Of a stretch of DNA of 64,000 bases, positions 28,071-38,107 are shown piece by piece. Location of the stretch: the IMG/VR virus record IMGVR_UViG_3300045391_001467, positions 17,755 through 81,754 of that record; one strand, given 5' to 3'. The translations under genes and the position numbers were made by a program. The stretch is from a virus (lineage: Duplodnaviria; Caudoviricetes). The first letter of the stretch is position 1; each line of letters opens with the position of its first letter. The notes beneath the pieces were generated by a model. That model was not told where the DNA came from. It saw only the letters and a list, made by a program, of their open reading frames with translations, and did not search any database.

Positions 28071-29650
28071 ACAATCTGATGTCCAAGATGCTCTAGAATC
28101 TTTTCAAATACTTGAGATTCTGTCCAACTATCGCTTCCAAAACAACTTGCTACAGGTATTAACTCTATTTTGTCGCCATTCTCAAAACAAATGCTAGCCC
28201 CCTCTGCAAAAGAATATCCGCATGTTTCGCACTCGTACTCATCATTCAACCACTCTAGTCTGATTTGCATTGTTCCAAACCTCGAATCTGATCCCTAATC
28301 ATCTCTAGTTGTTTAATTTGTGAGCTAGTCCATACATAGTCATCTTCATACTCTTGCTCATCATAATCATCGTAGCTAGCAATATCTTCGATATCTTCAT
28401 TAAGATGTCTATAATCCGCCTTACTGCACATCATACCTGCTAGTTCTCTAGCTAATGAGGGGTCTTGCATCCCGGCTGCTACAAGCTTGTCAGTAACATC
28501 ACAAACGACAGAGTTAAGCACATTTCTATTAATGTTTAGCTCACCTACTGCTTGAAAGCCTACTGCCACTTTACCTTGCATATCTCTGTGTAATGAAGGG
28601 ATATACTCAATATCATAATCAGTATCAATGCCACATTGAGATAATACGTACTTCATGAGTTCATCATTATCAGGGTGCAGCATCTGTACTTCATTTAAAC
28701 CTTCAAGCTCCTTTGCCAACTGCATATCTCTAAAGGAAATAGATTTCATACATAACCCTTTAGATCATAGACAGCTTGCAGTACTTTAATTGCTTTAGGG
28801 ATTTCTGCTTTCATTAGTCTAATAGCCACTTCCCCGTTCTTTCTGATATCTATAACGTCCTTAAGAATTGTGGCTAACTTAGCTTCAAATGTGTCACCAC
28901 TGTGACTAGTGAAGTAGTACCCTGTAATTTCTTCTTCATACTCAATATTTTTAAGCATTATTATCTACTTTCTTGTTCAGTTCTTCAATTTTGTTTTTAA
29001 TGTAATCAAGCCTTACTTGATAACAAACTACATTATTACATATAGGATAGCAATTGAAATATTTTTCAGCATATTCTCCGCATGATTCACAATAAATTCC
29101 ATGCTCCTTCCTTGAATCTTCCATAGCTACTTTCTAAAACATGTTAGCTGACATTATTAAGTTTTGACTTTTAAGCCACTCCAGCAGAATAGGCATGTCT
29201 TTATAAGGGTATTGAATGTTATAAGAATACTCTTCTTCTCCGATTGTAAACCCATCTTGCCCAAATGTTGCACAAACTTTCCCATCTCTATTAATGTCAA
29301 TTACAGCAGAAAAAGGGGCTGTCTTAATGAACACTATATTACCATGTTTCCCATCAGTTACTAGCACAAGGCTGACAGGCATGGCTTGGCCGATTTCAGT
29401 GCGTAGTTGCAACATCTGGATTCTCATTAAGTTCTTTAAGCAGAGAGACTAGGTAGTCTGCCGAACATACCCCCTCTTTTTCAGGGTACGTAATACAATC
29501 TATAAAATGGTCATCAGGATCAAGATAATCGCCGGCATTTTCTCCCATTCGCCTATTCCACAAAGTAAATGCCTTAATGAGTTGTTCTTTGCTGGTGATT
29601 ATATAATCTTCGTCAAGCGTTTTTAAATCTACTGTAATTTCTGTGTGCAT
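28064..29650 (-). CDS. run of small hypothetical genes (28064-28270, 28255-28749, 28746-28958, 29134-29427, 29396-29650)
   Basis: Tightly overlapping - strand ORFs; no recognised family. Confidence 0.55.
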
Positions 29651-30594
29651 TTACTATACTCTCTTTCTAACCAATCTAGACTGATAAATAGGGGGTCGTA
29701 GCTCCCGTCTTTGACGTTGTGTTTTACAATTATCCCTCTCCAATGGTGATTACCTTGAATACCCTTATAACTTTCCTCGTGTGTGTAGCAAGCTCCTGCG
29801 ACAATACCTATTTGTTGTTTTCCATTAGATGGTAAAAACCTAACTGCAACATCCAATGTCTGCCTATGTCCCTGCGTAAAACTACATCCAATTGTTTTAA
29901 GCATATTCATCGCGGAGCCACCAAGAGACTTCCCTGTCATGTTGTTTTGGAAGTAGTGACAATAACTAATACCATCCACAATAACAGGGGTAAGGAACGG
30001 TACAACTTCCCATCCAAACTCTTCATACTGCAAACTCTCAATGCTGAGAAATCCGTGTAGCTCAGGATTAGCGTCTACATGCCTCTCAATACGATTCTCA
30101 TGATTACCCAGCGTGAGAATCATTCGTGGCGTATATACTTCCTCTCCTGTTGCAATCTGCTGTGACTGGAGTTCTCGCAAAGGCTTCAGCAGACGCTTCA
30201 TTCCATCTTTAGCAGCATCAATATCTGCTTGTACTCTTTTACCCTCTGCCGTTCGTTTACCTTTATCATAACTGCTGAGAGATTCCATATCAGCGAAATC
30301 TCCAGCACTAATGATAACATCAGGTCGTTTACGAACGATATACTTTCCAATCCATTCCAAATAACTTAAGTCTACTCCCGGTTTTACTTGATTATCTGGA
30401 ATATATAAGTGTGTTACCGTCTTTTCTTCGTCTTTAACAGCTTCTTTTCTGACGTCATAATATTTCCTAAGAAAATCCCCAACTGTAGATCGAGGAATGC
30501 CTAGCAGCTTAGAGATTCCTCGCCATGACATTGTACCACTGGTACTTAAAGCAATTGCTTGTGCTTGCCAGTCTTTATCATTATTTTTATTCAA
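29629..30594 (-). CDS. calcineurin-like metallophosphoesterase with N-terminal HTH
   Basis: PDNQ, GDFAD, GNHE, GH motifs; SWRGISKLLGIPRSTV helix-turn-helix. Confidence 0.85.
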   Translation of the reverse strand: MNKNNDKDWQAQAIALSTSGTMSWRGISKLLGIPRSTVGDFLRKYYDVRKEAVKDEEKTVTHLYIPDNQVKPGVDLSYLEWIGKYIVRKRPDVIISAGDFADMESLSSYDKGKRTAEGKRVQADIDAAKDGMKRLLKPLRELQSQQIATGEEVYTPRMILTLGNHENRIERHVDANPELHGFLSIESLQYEEFGWEVVPFLTPVIVDGISYCHYFQNNMTGKSLGGSAMNMLKTIGCSFTQGHRQTLDVAVRFLPSNGKQQIGIVAGACYTHEESYKGIQGNHHWRGIIVKHNVKDGSYDPLFISLDWLEREYSKCTQKLQ

Positions 30595-30645
30595 ATAACC
30601 CCCTATAAGCTAATACTACACAATTCTTACTTCATGAACTATCCA

Positions 30646-31545
30646 CTAATTCATAATTGTTTTTGATAGAGATTCTGAAAGTAAAGCTTGTACCTCTTTT
30701 CTAACTCCATCTAGTGTGTCTTCTAAGTATTTTAGTCTTTGTTTAAAATTGTTCTCATCTTTGAGAATTTGATTTTCTTCCGTTCTTTTCCATACAAGTT
30801 CACCATATTCCTCAGGGTCAAGCATTTCCCGATTATACGCAGGAGATTTATATACTGCTATAGACTCATATTCATCATCAACCTCAGTTTTATGCTCCCC
30901 ATATTTCTTACAGGTATCTGTGTAAAACTCTACCCATCCACTCTTGTTTGCTAATATGTGTAAGTCATTACTATCGTTACTGTCTTTGTTGCCTGATACT
31001 TGCACATTAGGAACAACAATCCACATCTTACCATTATTGGTCTTCACACGCATAAATGGCTTTAGCATATCTTCAGTAAAATTGAATGGGTTGCCTGATG
31101 CATTTGTACCATTAGCATCCTCAACGATTGTCCACATTTTATCATCTAAATACTTTTTAACAAGACTTGGACTAAATTTAACTGACATCATGTTGTTATT
31201 CCGACTGATTTCATACTGAGTGCCTACAAGTTCTGCTGCGTAATCCAAACCTAGTAAGTTTTTGAATTTAAATTTCTCAGGGAGAGTGATTTTCTCTACA
31301 CCCTCAGTACTTATAATGAAATGTTGCCCTTTCTCACTTTCAATTCCTAGAATAATATTATCTTCAGGATGACTGGCAGTATGAGGCCCTTTAGCTACAA
31401 CTTTACACACATCACCCTCGCATGGTGATTTTCCCCAGATAAAGTTAGTCAATTTATAACGAACAGCCCATGATTCATAAGTAGAATAAATTTGCCCGTT
31501 GTTTTTGACCTCAACAATATCCCCAATATTAATCTCTGCACTCAT
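30646..31545 (-). CDS. hypothetical protein
   Basis: 299 aa ORF, SD GGAGG. Confidence 0.65.
   Translation of the reverse strand: MSAEINIGDIVEVKNNGQIYSTYESWAVRYKLTNFIWGKSPCEGDVCKVVAKGPHTASHPEDNIILGIESEKGQHFIISTEGVEKITLPEKFKFKNLLGLDYAAELVGTQYEISRNNNMMSVKFSPSLVKKYLDDKMWTIVEDANGTNASGNPFNFTEDMLKPFMRVKTNNGKMWIVVPNVQVSGNKDSNDSNDLHILANKSGWVEFYTDTCKKYGEHKTEVDDEYESIAVYKSPAYNREMLDPEEYGELVWKRTEENQILKDENNFKQRLKYLEDTLDGVRKEVQALLSESLSKTIMN
30752..30767. promoter_or_regulatory. TTCTCA-N4-TGAGAA palindrome, copy 3
   Basis: TTCTCATCTTTGAGAA, exact half-sites, about 160 nt upstream of phosphoesterase start. Confidence 0.5.
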
Positions 31546-32096
31546 ACAACCTCCTTAAGAAAAATTTCTTTGATCAACTTACGCCTCTTTGCAGCATTAC
31601 TTACTATTTCAGTATTATATCCTAATTCTTGAAAATAAGCAAGCTGTTTCTTCACAGGTTGTTTCATAAAAGCAATAACACGTTTTTCTATGGCAGCTTC
31701 TTCAAATGAGATACCAAGCTTCTGTGACAAATTAATAATAGCATGACAGTCTAAGCATACTGCCCGAATACAGCTAAAGTCTATTAGAAACAAGTATGCA
31801 GCGTACTCTTTGATGTCATCAAGTCCTGTAAATTTTCCGCCTGTATCTGAGATGTGATCAATCTGAATATTACTCTGCACTACGTCTTTCTTGCAGCACG
31901 AGCAAGTCATTCCCCATACAGTATCTTTCTTTCCATTTGGGTTAGGGTTTTGGATTTGCTTTCTATATTGCTTGATGTATTCTAGTTTGATGGGATGTTT
32001 AGACCAGAGTTTTCTAAGACCGCCCCTCACCCAAGTCCAAAATGCCGCTTCGGATTTCCAAATGTTACCTACTTTCCAAGGTTCTTTATACTTCAA
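31542..32096 (-). CDS. HNH-type endonuclease (possible junction resolvase)
   Basis: CSCC ... QIDHI ... CLDCH. Confidence 0.75.
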   Translation of the reverse strand: MKYKEPWKVGNIWKSEAAFWTWVRGGLRKLWSKHPIKLEYIKQYRKQIQNPNPNGKKDTVWGMTCSCCKKDVVQSNIQIDHISDTGGKFTGLDDIKEYAAYLFLIDFSCIRAVCLDCHAIINLSQKLGISFEEAAIEKRVIAFMKQPVKKQLAYFQELGYNTEIVSNAAKRRKLIKEIFLKEVV

Positions 32097-32099
32097 AAC

Positions 32100-32486
32100 T
32101 CACCTCGTTTCCCTATTGGAAAGTATTGTAATTGCTTTCAGTATCTCCTCTAGCTCATCGTCAGATTTTGCATAAATAGGCGTTTTAAGCATGTTGCATA
32201 GCACTTCGTACTTTCCCTTATACACTATTACTGAAGAATAAGGTAGGTCTTTTGTGAATTTTTTAACTTTTTCTAGTACAGTTTGTCCTTGTTTTTCTTC
32301 TAAAATTTTCCAAACTCTGTTTTTGACGAAATGCTCCACTGTGTCTTGATCATAGTATAGGCTTTCTCTTTTACCTTCTTCTACCCAAGAAACATCATAG
32401 CCACTATGCCCATCATAACAAACATTATACACGTTACTGTCACAACTCATTACAAACTTTTCCGGTATTTTCATAGCATATTTCAA
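32100..32486 (-). CDS. hypothetical protein
   Basis: 128 aa ORF in operon. Confidence 0.55.
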   Translation of the reverse strand: MKYAMKIPEKFVMSCDSNVYNVCYDGHSGYDVSWVEEGKRESLYYDQDTVEHFVKNRVWKILEEKQGQTVLEKVKKFTKDLPYSSVIVYKGKYEVLCNMLKTPIYAKSDDELEEILKAITILSNRETR

Positions 32487-33439
32487 TAGTCTATTTCCAA
32501 ATTGTCTAGCAGCTTTCTAGTGTTAAACACATCGGCATCAAATCTCTTCATATGAGCACAAGCCGCATACATATCCATCAAGCCAATAACATCAGTAACG
32601 TTAGTAGAGCCAGACCAATCCATGTATTCCAATTCACTCGGATACCAAGATTTATACTGCTTATAGACAGCCTCAACACATTCTTTGTCTGTAGTACAAT
32701 CTTTTAAAAGCTTATATGCAGAGGCATCCCCGAATTTCTTGCCAGACAAATCTGCTGGCCTGAAGCCATCTGTTGAATCTCCCATCACCCATTGTGCATA
32801 GAACCATTTTCTGCCAAACCCTTTTAGCTTTTTATCTTCCATTTGAATCTCACCTAGCCCTTTAATAAGCATAGGTTCATTCATTTTTGTCCAATTATAA
32901 AGCCATCCGGAATACCCATAAGCATCTTTGTCAATTGTCACTTGAATTATCTTCTGCTTATTCTTTATCCCTTCATAAGACCTTTGGGCAAGCATATCAT
33001 CTGCCTCTCTTCCATGCACCAATTTAGCATTGTACTTATTAAGTAGATACTCCCGCACTATTGGTAATTGAGACGGACGATAAGTATTGTCTCTGTTTGA
33101 TTTATACCTAGTAGGTAACGGGAGGTCAAGTCTAAAGTTATTGTCTCCGCTTAAATAGATTTCAAAGGACTCTGCTGCACAGGTTTTGCATACACCCTCA
33201 ATCGTAGTTCTGGCAGCATGCAGAGCATGTCTGATATCTCCAGGTTCTTGCACATCTTCAATATCAAATTCATCCAAATCAAAGACGCCTTTAATGTGCT
33301 CTTTTAAGGCTGTACGATGTGCATGTTCTGTTGTTACACCTGTCTCTTTGTGTGTTGCTTTGATACTTCTTGATTCATTGGCTGCTGCAGCCCTGAATGC
33401 TACAATGTCCCCGTCAATTACTGCTATTGTCACGTCCAC
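32483..33439 (-). CDS. 5'-3' exonuclease / RNase H (T7 gp6-like)
   Basis: IDGDI, NFR, YKSNR, EADD, DKD, GDSTDG motifs. Confidence 0.9.
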   Translation of the reverse strand: MDVTIAVIDGDIVAFRAAAANESRSIKATHKETGVTTEHAHRTALKEHIKGVFDLDEFDIEDVQEPGDIRHALHAARTTIEGVCKTCAAESFEIYLSGDNNFRLDLPLPTRYKSNRDNTYRPSQLPIVREYLLNKYNAKLVHGREADDMLAQRSYEGIKNKQKIIQVTIDKDAYGYSGWLYNWTKMNEPMLIKGLGEIQMEDKKLKGFGRKWFYAQWVMGDSTDGFRPADLSGKKFGDASAYKLLKDCTTDKECVEAVYKQYKSWYPSELEYMDWSGSTNVTDVIGLMDMYAACAHMKRFDADVFNTRKLLDNLEIDY

Positions 33440-33759
33440 CTCACTTCCTTAATTCCAGCCATCCTGATAGCTTCCTGACAGATAGGACAAGGTTTTGCAT
33501 TAGCAGGATTTCCCTCTCTATCAAACCTGCATACAAACATGCTATGAGCCTTATCAAGTCTTTTGCAGCGAATGAGAGCAGAAATCTCAGCGTGTAAGAA
33601 ATGCCTATGTTCCATCCCCATTTGCTTTGCCAGTCGTGCTTGCACAGGATGGGATTTCACATAAGAATTTTTCCCAACACTGAGAATATTTCCTTTCTTG
33701 TCGTATAGAAAAGCCGTTATGTTGTATTTCTTTTTCATTTTAAAAATCAGTAACTCCAA
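33430..33759 (-). CDS. zinc-dependent cytidine/dCMP deaminase-like protein
   Basis: HAE ... PCPIC. Confidence 0.85.
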   Translation of the reverse strand: MELLIFKMKKKYNITAFLYDKKGNILSVGKNSYVKSHPVQARLAKQMGMEHRHFLHAEISALIRCKRLDKAHSMFVCRFDREGNPANAKPCPICQEAIRMAGIKEVRWT

Positions 33760-34514
33760 CCTCTCAAGAAATCAATATCACTTTCATTCAAGCCATCTAG
33801 ATTCACATTGATTTTCTCTAACAGGTCATAAGCATTCCCCGGCATTTCTTCTGCTTGCTTATCTGCAATAAAATCTGATTCTTTGAATAATTCAATAGCA
33901 GCATCCATGGAGAATGGTCTATCTGTTTCAATCAAAGCTTTTTCTCCATATTGCCCACCGATAGCAGTAGCTAAATCCTCCCAGCTACTCAATGGAACTT
34001 TTTGCAAGCTTAGACCAATGCGCAATAGATCACCTTTGCCAATTGTATAACCTCGCTGCTGGTACTTAAGAACACGCAACAAAGAACCATAAGGATATCT
34101 AGTTCCACTATGAAATCGCAAGAAGCGTTGTGAGGCATGTTTCAGAAAATCTTCATGGAATACAAACTCTTCTTTATCAATGTCATATGCAGCCATTGCT
34201 ACGGTGAAATCAAAGACATCAAAAATGTCTTGGCCTGTTTCAAAGAAATCAAAATGCATTAACTGAATAACGTGGTTATCCTTAACAAAAGTTACGGCAC
34301 GATCAGAAGCAGCTACGCACCACAAGCCTTCATCATATGCTTGTCCTACGGCTAGAATAAAGTCCTTCTCAGTTTTGAAGTAAATATCTACGTCATTGAC
34401 TGGGGTATTTGTAAATACACTTGTCAAAGCTCCACCTGCAATAAATGCACCAGATGGTAAGAAGTGATATGCAGCTTCCTTAAGTGCTTTTAATTCTTTA
34501 TTATGTTGTGTCAT
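33747..34514 (-). CDS. nucleotidyltransferase-fold protein 1
   Basis: FIAGGA ... NDVDIY; FDFTV; start at MTQHNK. Confidence 0.75.
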   Translation of the reverse strand: MTQHNKELKALKEAAYHFLPSGAFIAGGALTSVFTNTPVNDVDIYFKTEKDFILAVGQAYDEGLWCVAASDRAVTFVKDNHVIQLMHFDFFETGQDIFDVFDFTVAMAAYDIDKEEFVFHEDFLKHASQRFLRFHSGTRYPYGSLLRVLKYQQRGYTIGKGDLLRIGLSLQKVPLSSWEDLATAIGGQYGEKALIETDRPFSMDAAIELFKESDFIADKQAEEMPGNAYDLLEKINVNLDGLNESDIDFLRGWSY

Positions 34515-34525
34515 TAACTTTCCTG

Positions 34526-34560
34526 AACAAAAAGCCTGCAAAGCCTTTTGAGCTTGCAAG
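34526..34560 (-). terminator. intrinsic terminator after ssb-like gene
   Basis: CTTGCAAGCT-CAAAA-GGCTTTGCAGG then CTTTTTGTT on - strand. Confidence 0.55.
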
Positions 34561-34576
34561 CTGTGGTTATGCTAGA

Positions 34577-35620
34577 TTAAAACGGTACGTCCGAGTCATC
34601 AAAGTCATTAAAACTTACAGGAGTTACCTCCTTCTTTGGCTTCTCAGATTTAGCAGCCTTTTGTACTGCAGTAGCTTCTCCTCGCTCTGCTAGAATTTGC
34701 AAAGCCTCTTGCAATTCCTTATCATTCTCAATGATAGCTTCTGCAATCTCCTTAGCCTTCTTAATCAATTCTTCTTCGTCTTCACGTTGTCGAATTGCTT
34801 TCTGAATGGCAGAACCTTCATAGTCTTGTGCAAGAACAATTTTACGAAGGTCAGAGACCCTTAGAAAATCGTATTTACATGCGCCACCAAGTTCTTCTTT
34901 CTCTTCTAACAAATCTTCATCATCAAAGTTTACGCTGATAGCTGGGATCAAAGCAGGCTCTGCAACCATACCCTTCATCATAGGTACTGGACTTTTAAGC
35001 TTTGTATTGACGTATGTATTACCGTCTTTCTCAGTCGTCTTTACTTCCACGTTATACATGAAAGGTTTACCAAGGAGTTCAGAAATGTCATTTAGCTTAG
35101 GATTTTTGTACTCAGCTTTGAAGATGACATCAGACACTTTCGTACCGTCTTCATTCTTCACTACCGCAGCAATCTTTGCCCATGCAGATGCAGGAGCCAA
35201 CAGCCAAGGCTTACCCTTTACATACTCACCTTCTGGTGTACGTGGAGCTACAGTGGTAAGATTAAGTCCTTCACTCATGCCACGGCTAACTTGATGCAAA
35301 GGGAGACGAATATTCTTTACACCAATAGTTTCACCATAGTCGTGAGTTTGTGAAAGTAAGTCCACATAGACAGCTACTTTTTGTTCAAGGTCTTTACCTT
35401 CTTTTGGTACAATGATTTTGTCATTACCATTTTCATCTTGTTCACGTTTTCCTGCATTGTCTTTAGCAAACTTAGGCAGCTTTTTGTGTAAACCAAGATT
35501 TACCAACAAACCAATTTGGACAGCTTGTAGGCCATCTTCAGGAATGATTGCTACAAAAGGTTTCTTATCAGCATTCTCATTGTTGCCAGATTGATTTAAT
35601 TTTACAGGCTTAAACGACAT
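34577..35620 (-). CDS. single-stranded DNA-binding / recombination protein (putative)
   Basis: 347 aa with acidic tail ending DDSDVPF; within replication cluster. Confidence 0.65.
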   Translation of the reverse strand: MSFKPVKLNQSGNNENADKKPFVAIIPEDGLQAVQIGLLVNLGLHKKLPKFAKDNAGKREQDENGNDKIIVPKEGKDLEQKVAVYVDLLSQTHDYGETIGVKNIRLPLHQVSRGMSEGLNLTTVAPRTPEGEYVKGKPWLLAPASAWAKIAAVVKNEDGTKVSDVIFKAEYKNPKLNDISELLGKPFMYNVEVKTTEKDGNTYVNTKLKSPVPMMKGMVAEPALIPAISVNFDDEDLLEEKEELGGACKYDFLRVSDLRKIVLAQDYEGSAIQKAIRQREDEEELIKKAKEIAEAIIENDKELQEALQILAERGEATAVQKAAKSEKPKKEVTPVSFNDFDDSDVPF

Positions 35621-35671
35621 ATTATTTCCATTTTCATAATTAAATTACACATAAGCCATGTGTGGGCCTTA

Positions 35672-35687
35672 TTCTCAATATTGAGAA
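35672..35687. promoter_or_regulatory. TTCTCA-N4-TGAGAA palindrome, copy 4
   Basis: ATTCTCAATATTGAGAAT, perfect 18 bp palindrome, intergenic upstream of ssb. Confidence 0.65.
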
Positions 35688-35690
35688 TTA

Positions 35691-36331
35691 CTACATACAA
35701 ATTTTAATACTCCATCCGATAAGCAACGCTAGTGGGGGCTTAATGATATTAACAGCGTGAAATTTTATATTGTAATCCTTCACATTTTCTACACCTACAA
35801 AGTCGGGCTGTTTCGTAATGTAATTAGCCACTAGAGTTAATCCCATAGCAGCGTATATTGTCAGTGCAGGTAAATTAAAAGTAGAGACAATAAACCAGCT
35901 CCACAATATTGTGAGCACATAGGCACTCAGAAGATACTCTGCACAGCTTAGAGCAAAGCTACCTATAAATTTAAGCATTGTGTTCCTTATTTAATACTGT
36001 AAGTTAAAGTATTGTTGTGATGAAGAATAGTGAAGTAATTAAAGCCTAATCTGCACAGCAATTCTTTAACCACCTCTCGCATACCACTATTTAACATTGG
36101 GCTATCACCAGTGTCGTGAACGAGATACACAGGTTTACCCGGATTATGCATAGCCGAAGATATATGTTCAAGTGCTTTTGCGGTAGTTTTACCGCAACAC
36201 CTGTCTTCTCTAACAATCATCTCTAACACATCAGTAGAAACTGCCTTCAGAAAATCACCGTATGTTTCTTTAGCTATGTTATTCACACTCTCTAATAGGC
36301 CTTTGCGACGACATTCTATGCAATCTTTCAT
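35691..36331 (-). CDS. membrane protein (35691-35978) and hypothetical protein (35987-36331)
   Basis: ORF track; first has three hydrophobic segments. Confidence 0.55.
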
Positions 36332-36513
36332 GGCTATCCTTATTTAATTTCAAAATCATATAAAGCACCTTCCAGACCATCCGCCAACTCCTTTAACATA
36401 CTGATAATGTACTCCTTATGGCTGGTATAGTTCTCATCATTAAAGTATTCATCTGGAATTTCATTAATTGTTACGTGGAAATTAAGCTCCATAGGATATT
36501 CCTCTTTAAAATT

Positions 36514-36591
36514 TAGAGCGAGCGGGGAGAATCAAACTCCCATTGATCCGTTACGGTGCTACAAGGTAGAAGCTTGTTCCGATACGCTCGC
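36514..36591 (-). ncRNA. tRNA-like RNA lacking D-arm, anticodon-like UCU (Arg)
   Basis: GCGAGCG/CGCTCGC acceptor, ACAAG-CTTCTAC-CTTGT arm, GGGAG-TTTGATT-CTCCC T-arm, 7 nt in place of D-arm, ends T-CTA. Confidence 0.75.
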
Positions 36592-36598
36592 ATTAATC

Positions 36599-36704
36599 TG
36601 GTGTTGGTGGCTGGCACTGGTCTCCAGCTTGGTGCCATGTCGATTTCAGAGGCTCGTGGCACCTTGACGCTCTCTAGCGAATCAGCCTTCGCAATTCCCC
36701 CAAC
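36599..36704 (-). ncRNA. 106 nt CCA-terminated tRNA-like RNA
   Basis: GTTGGGG/CACCAAC acceptor-like stem plus A-CCA; hairpins GCGAA/TTCGC, GGTGCCA/TGGCACC, GCTGG/CCAGC. Confidence 0.7.
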
Positions 36705-36712
36705 GAAACATC

Positions 36713-36741
36713 ATTATATACTAATTAATCCCTACTGTCAA
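36713..36741 (-). promoter_or_regulatory. sigma70-type promoter of the RNA pair
   Basis: TTGACA-17-TATAAT ending 8 nt upstream of the first RNA. Confidence 0.9.
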
Positions 36742-37177
36742 TAAATTCCCTGCCCATATTGCGTGGCATTATACCAACTAAAATACGTACCTTTGTTATA
36801 GCTATCCCAAAACATTTTTGTACGAGTGTTCTTTACATAATCATTTCCAGCCTTGCGGCGATGCATATAGTCTTCATAAGACTCATCTTCAATCCGTTTA
36901 GGCTGAAGAAATGTACGGTTTTCTTGCAAGAATGTTTTATTTGCTTGCATCATAGCATCATCTCTAAAATATATCCTTCCAAATTTTTAATTTGAGAATA
37001 TGTGAAAATATTCCCTACACTCTCTCCATTAGCTAGAATATCTATGATTTCCACATTTGGAGGCTCTGCTGGAGAGCTAGATGTAGCGGGATAAAATGGT
37101 GTAAAATAAAATAACACCTCTGCTTTTATTTCATCATCTGTTATTGGGTGGTTTACTGTTATTGATATTTGTCTCAC
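36738..37177 (-). CDS. two hypothetical genes (36738-36953, 36950-37177)
   Basis: Overlapping stop/start. Confidence 0.55.
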
Positions 37178-37347
37178 AAATATTTATACTCCACACTGAG
37201 TAATACATCCTCCAGTACTCTTCCATTAGTTCCTTACAATATTTCATATAAAGTATTGGCATATCTTGAATAATTAGCCATTGAGCGTAAGATGAGCACA
37301 TTACGTTTTATCCTAGATGTTTCTAGTTTTAATAGCACACTTCATTT

Positions 37348-37557
37348 TCAATCCCCTTTGTTCATCCATCTTCTGATAACATACTGTCTAGATAAACTGA
37401 TCAATGTAAATATAACTCCAACCAATAACCCATCATGTACGGTTAGTTTATACCCCATGCTAGGAAATACAATCATATTAGCTATAAAGTTGATAGAAAA
37501 ACCTATAGCAATATTAATACATGCTTCTAAAAAGCTTCGCTGCTTAGACTGAGCCAT
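37348..37557 (-). CDS. small two-TM membrane protein (QSK.RSFLEA..N family)
   Basis: MAQSKQRSFLEACINIAIGF ... ISLSRQYVIRRW. Confidence 0.7.
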   Translation of the reverse strand: MAQSKQRSFLEACINIAIGFSINFIANMIVFPSMGYKLTVHDGLLVGVIFTLISLSRQYVIRRWMNKGD

Positions 37558-38107
37558 TAGCTGAATCTTCCATTCTTAATTTACCCATAACATCATCAAT
37601 CCCCCTGTACAACTCTTCTAATGACCTATTATTCTCAATAGTAATATCAACCAATGATGGAGAAATACCTGCTTCGCTGGGATGCACAAACTTTGTGCCC
37701 GATTCTTCACGTCTTACCTCTATAATATAACCACTATCTTGTGTAATCATTTCGGCTTCATTGTCAAATCGGCAGTCAGTAATACACACGTTATACCCTA
37801 GATCGAAGTATTCATTGATTTTTTTCTTAGCAAGAATTAGCCACAAATTTTGATGCACCAGATTTCGACCATATTCTGTGCCTAGTAATTGCATAAGTTG
37901 TCTAGGAGATTTCTCAATGTCGGGAATAATCTCTTCTTTTAACGGATGTTCAAGATAGGTATTATCAAGCCCGAACATAACTTTAACACCTTCTTTTAAC
38001 GGAGCTGCAAACGATGCAAGTTGAAAATTATGGTTTGCTTTAAGATAGTTCCCTACAGTATCTTTTCCTGCCCCAGCCTTCCCTGTTAATCCAATCAAGA
38101 GACTCAT
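37544..38107 (-). CDS. deoxynucleoside monophosphate kinase (T4 gp1-like)
   Basis: GKAGAGKDT, FAAPLK, PRQLMQLLGTE, DCRF.NE, HPSE. Confidence 0.92.
   Translation of the reverse strand: MSLLIGLTGKAGAGKDTVGNYLKANHNFQLASFAAPLKEGVKVMFGLDNTYLEHPLKEEIIPDIEKSPRQLMQLLGTEYGRNLVHQNLWLILAKKKINEYFDLGYNVCITDCRFDNEAEMITQDSGYIIEVRREESGTKFVHPSEAGISPSLVDITIENNRSLEELYRGIDDVMGKLRMEDSANGSV

Noticed and set aside
30035-33686. One-mismatch operator-like hits at 30035 and 33671
   Set aside because: Mid-gene with GC-containing spacers; compatible with chance
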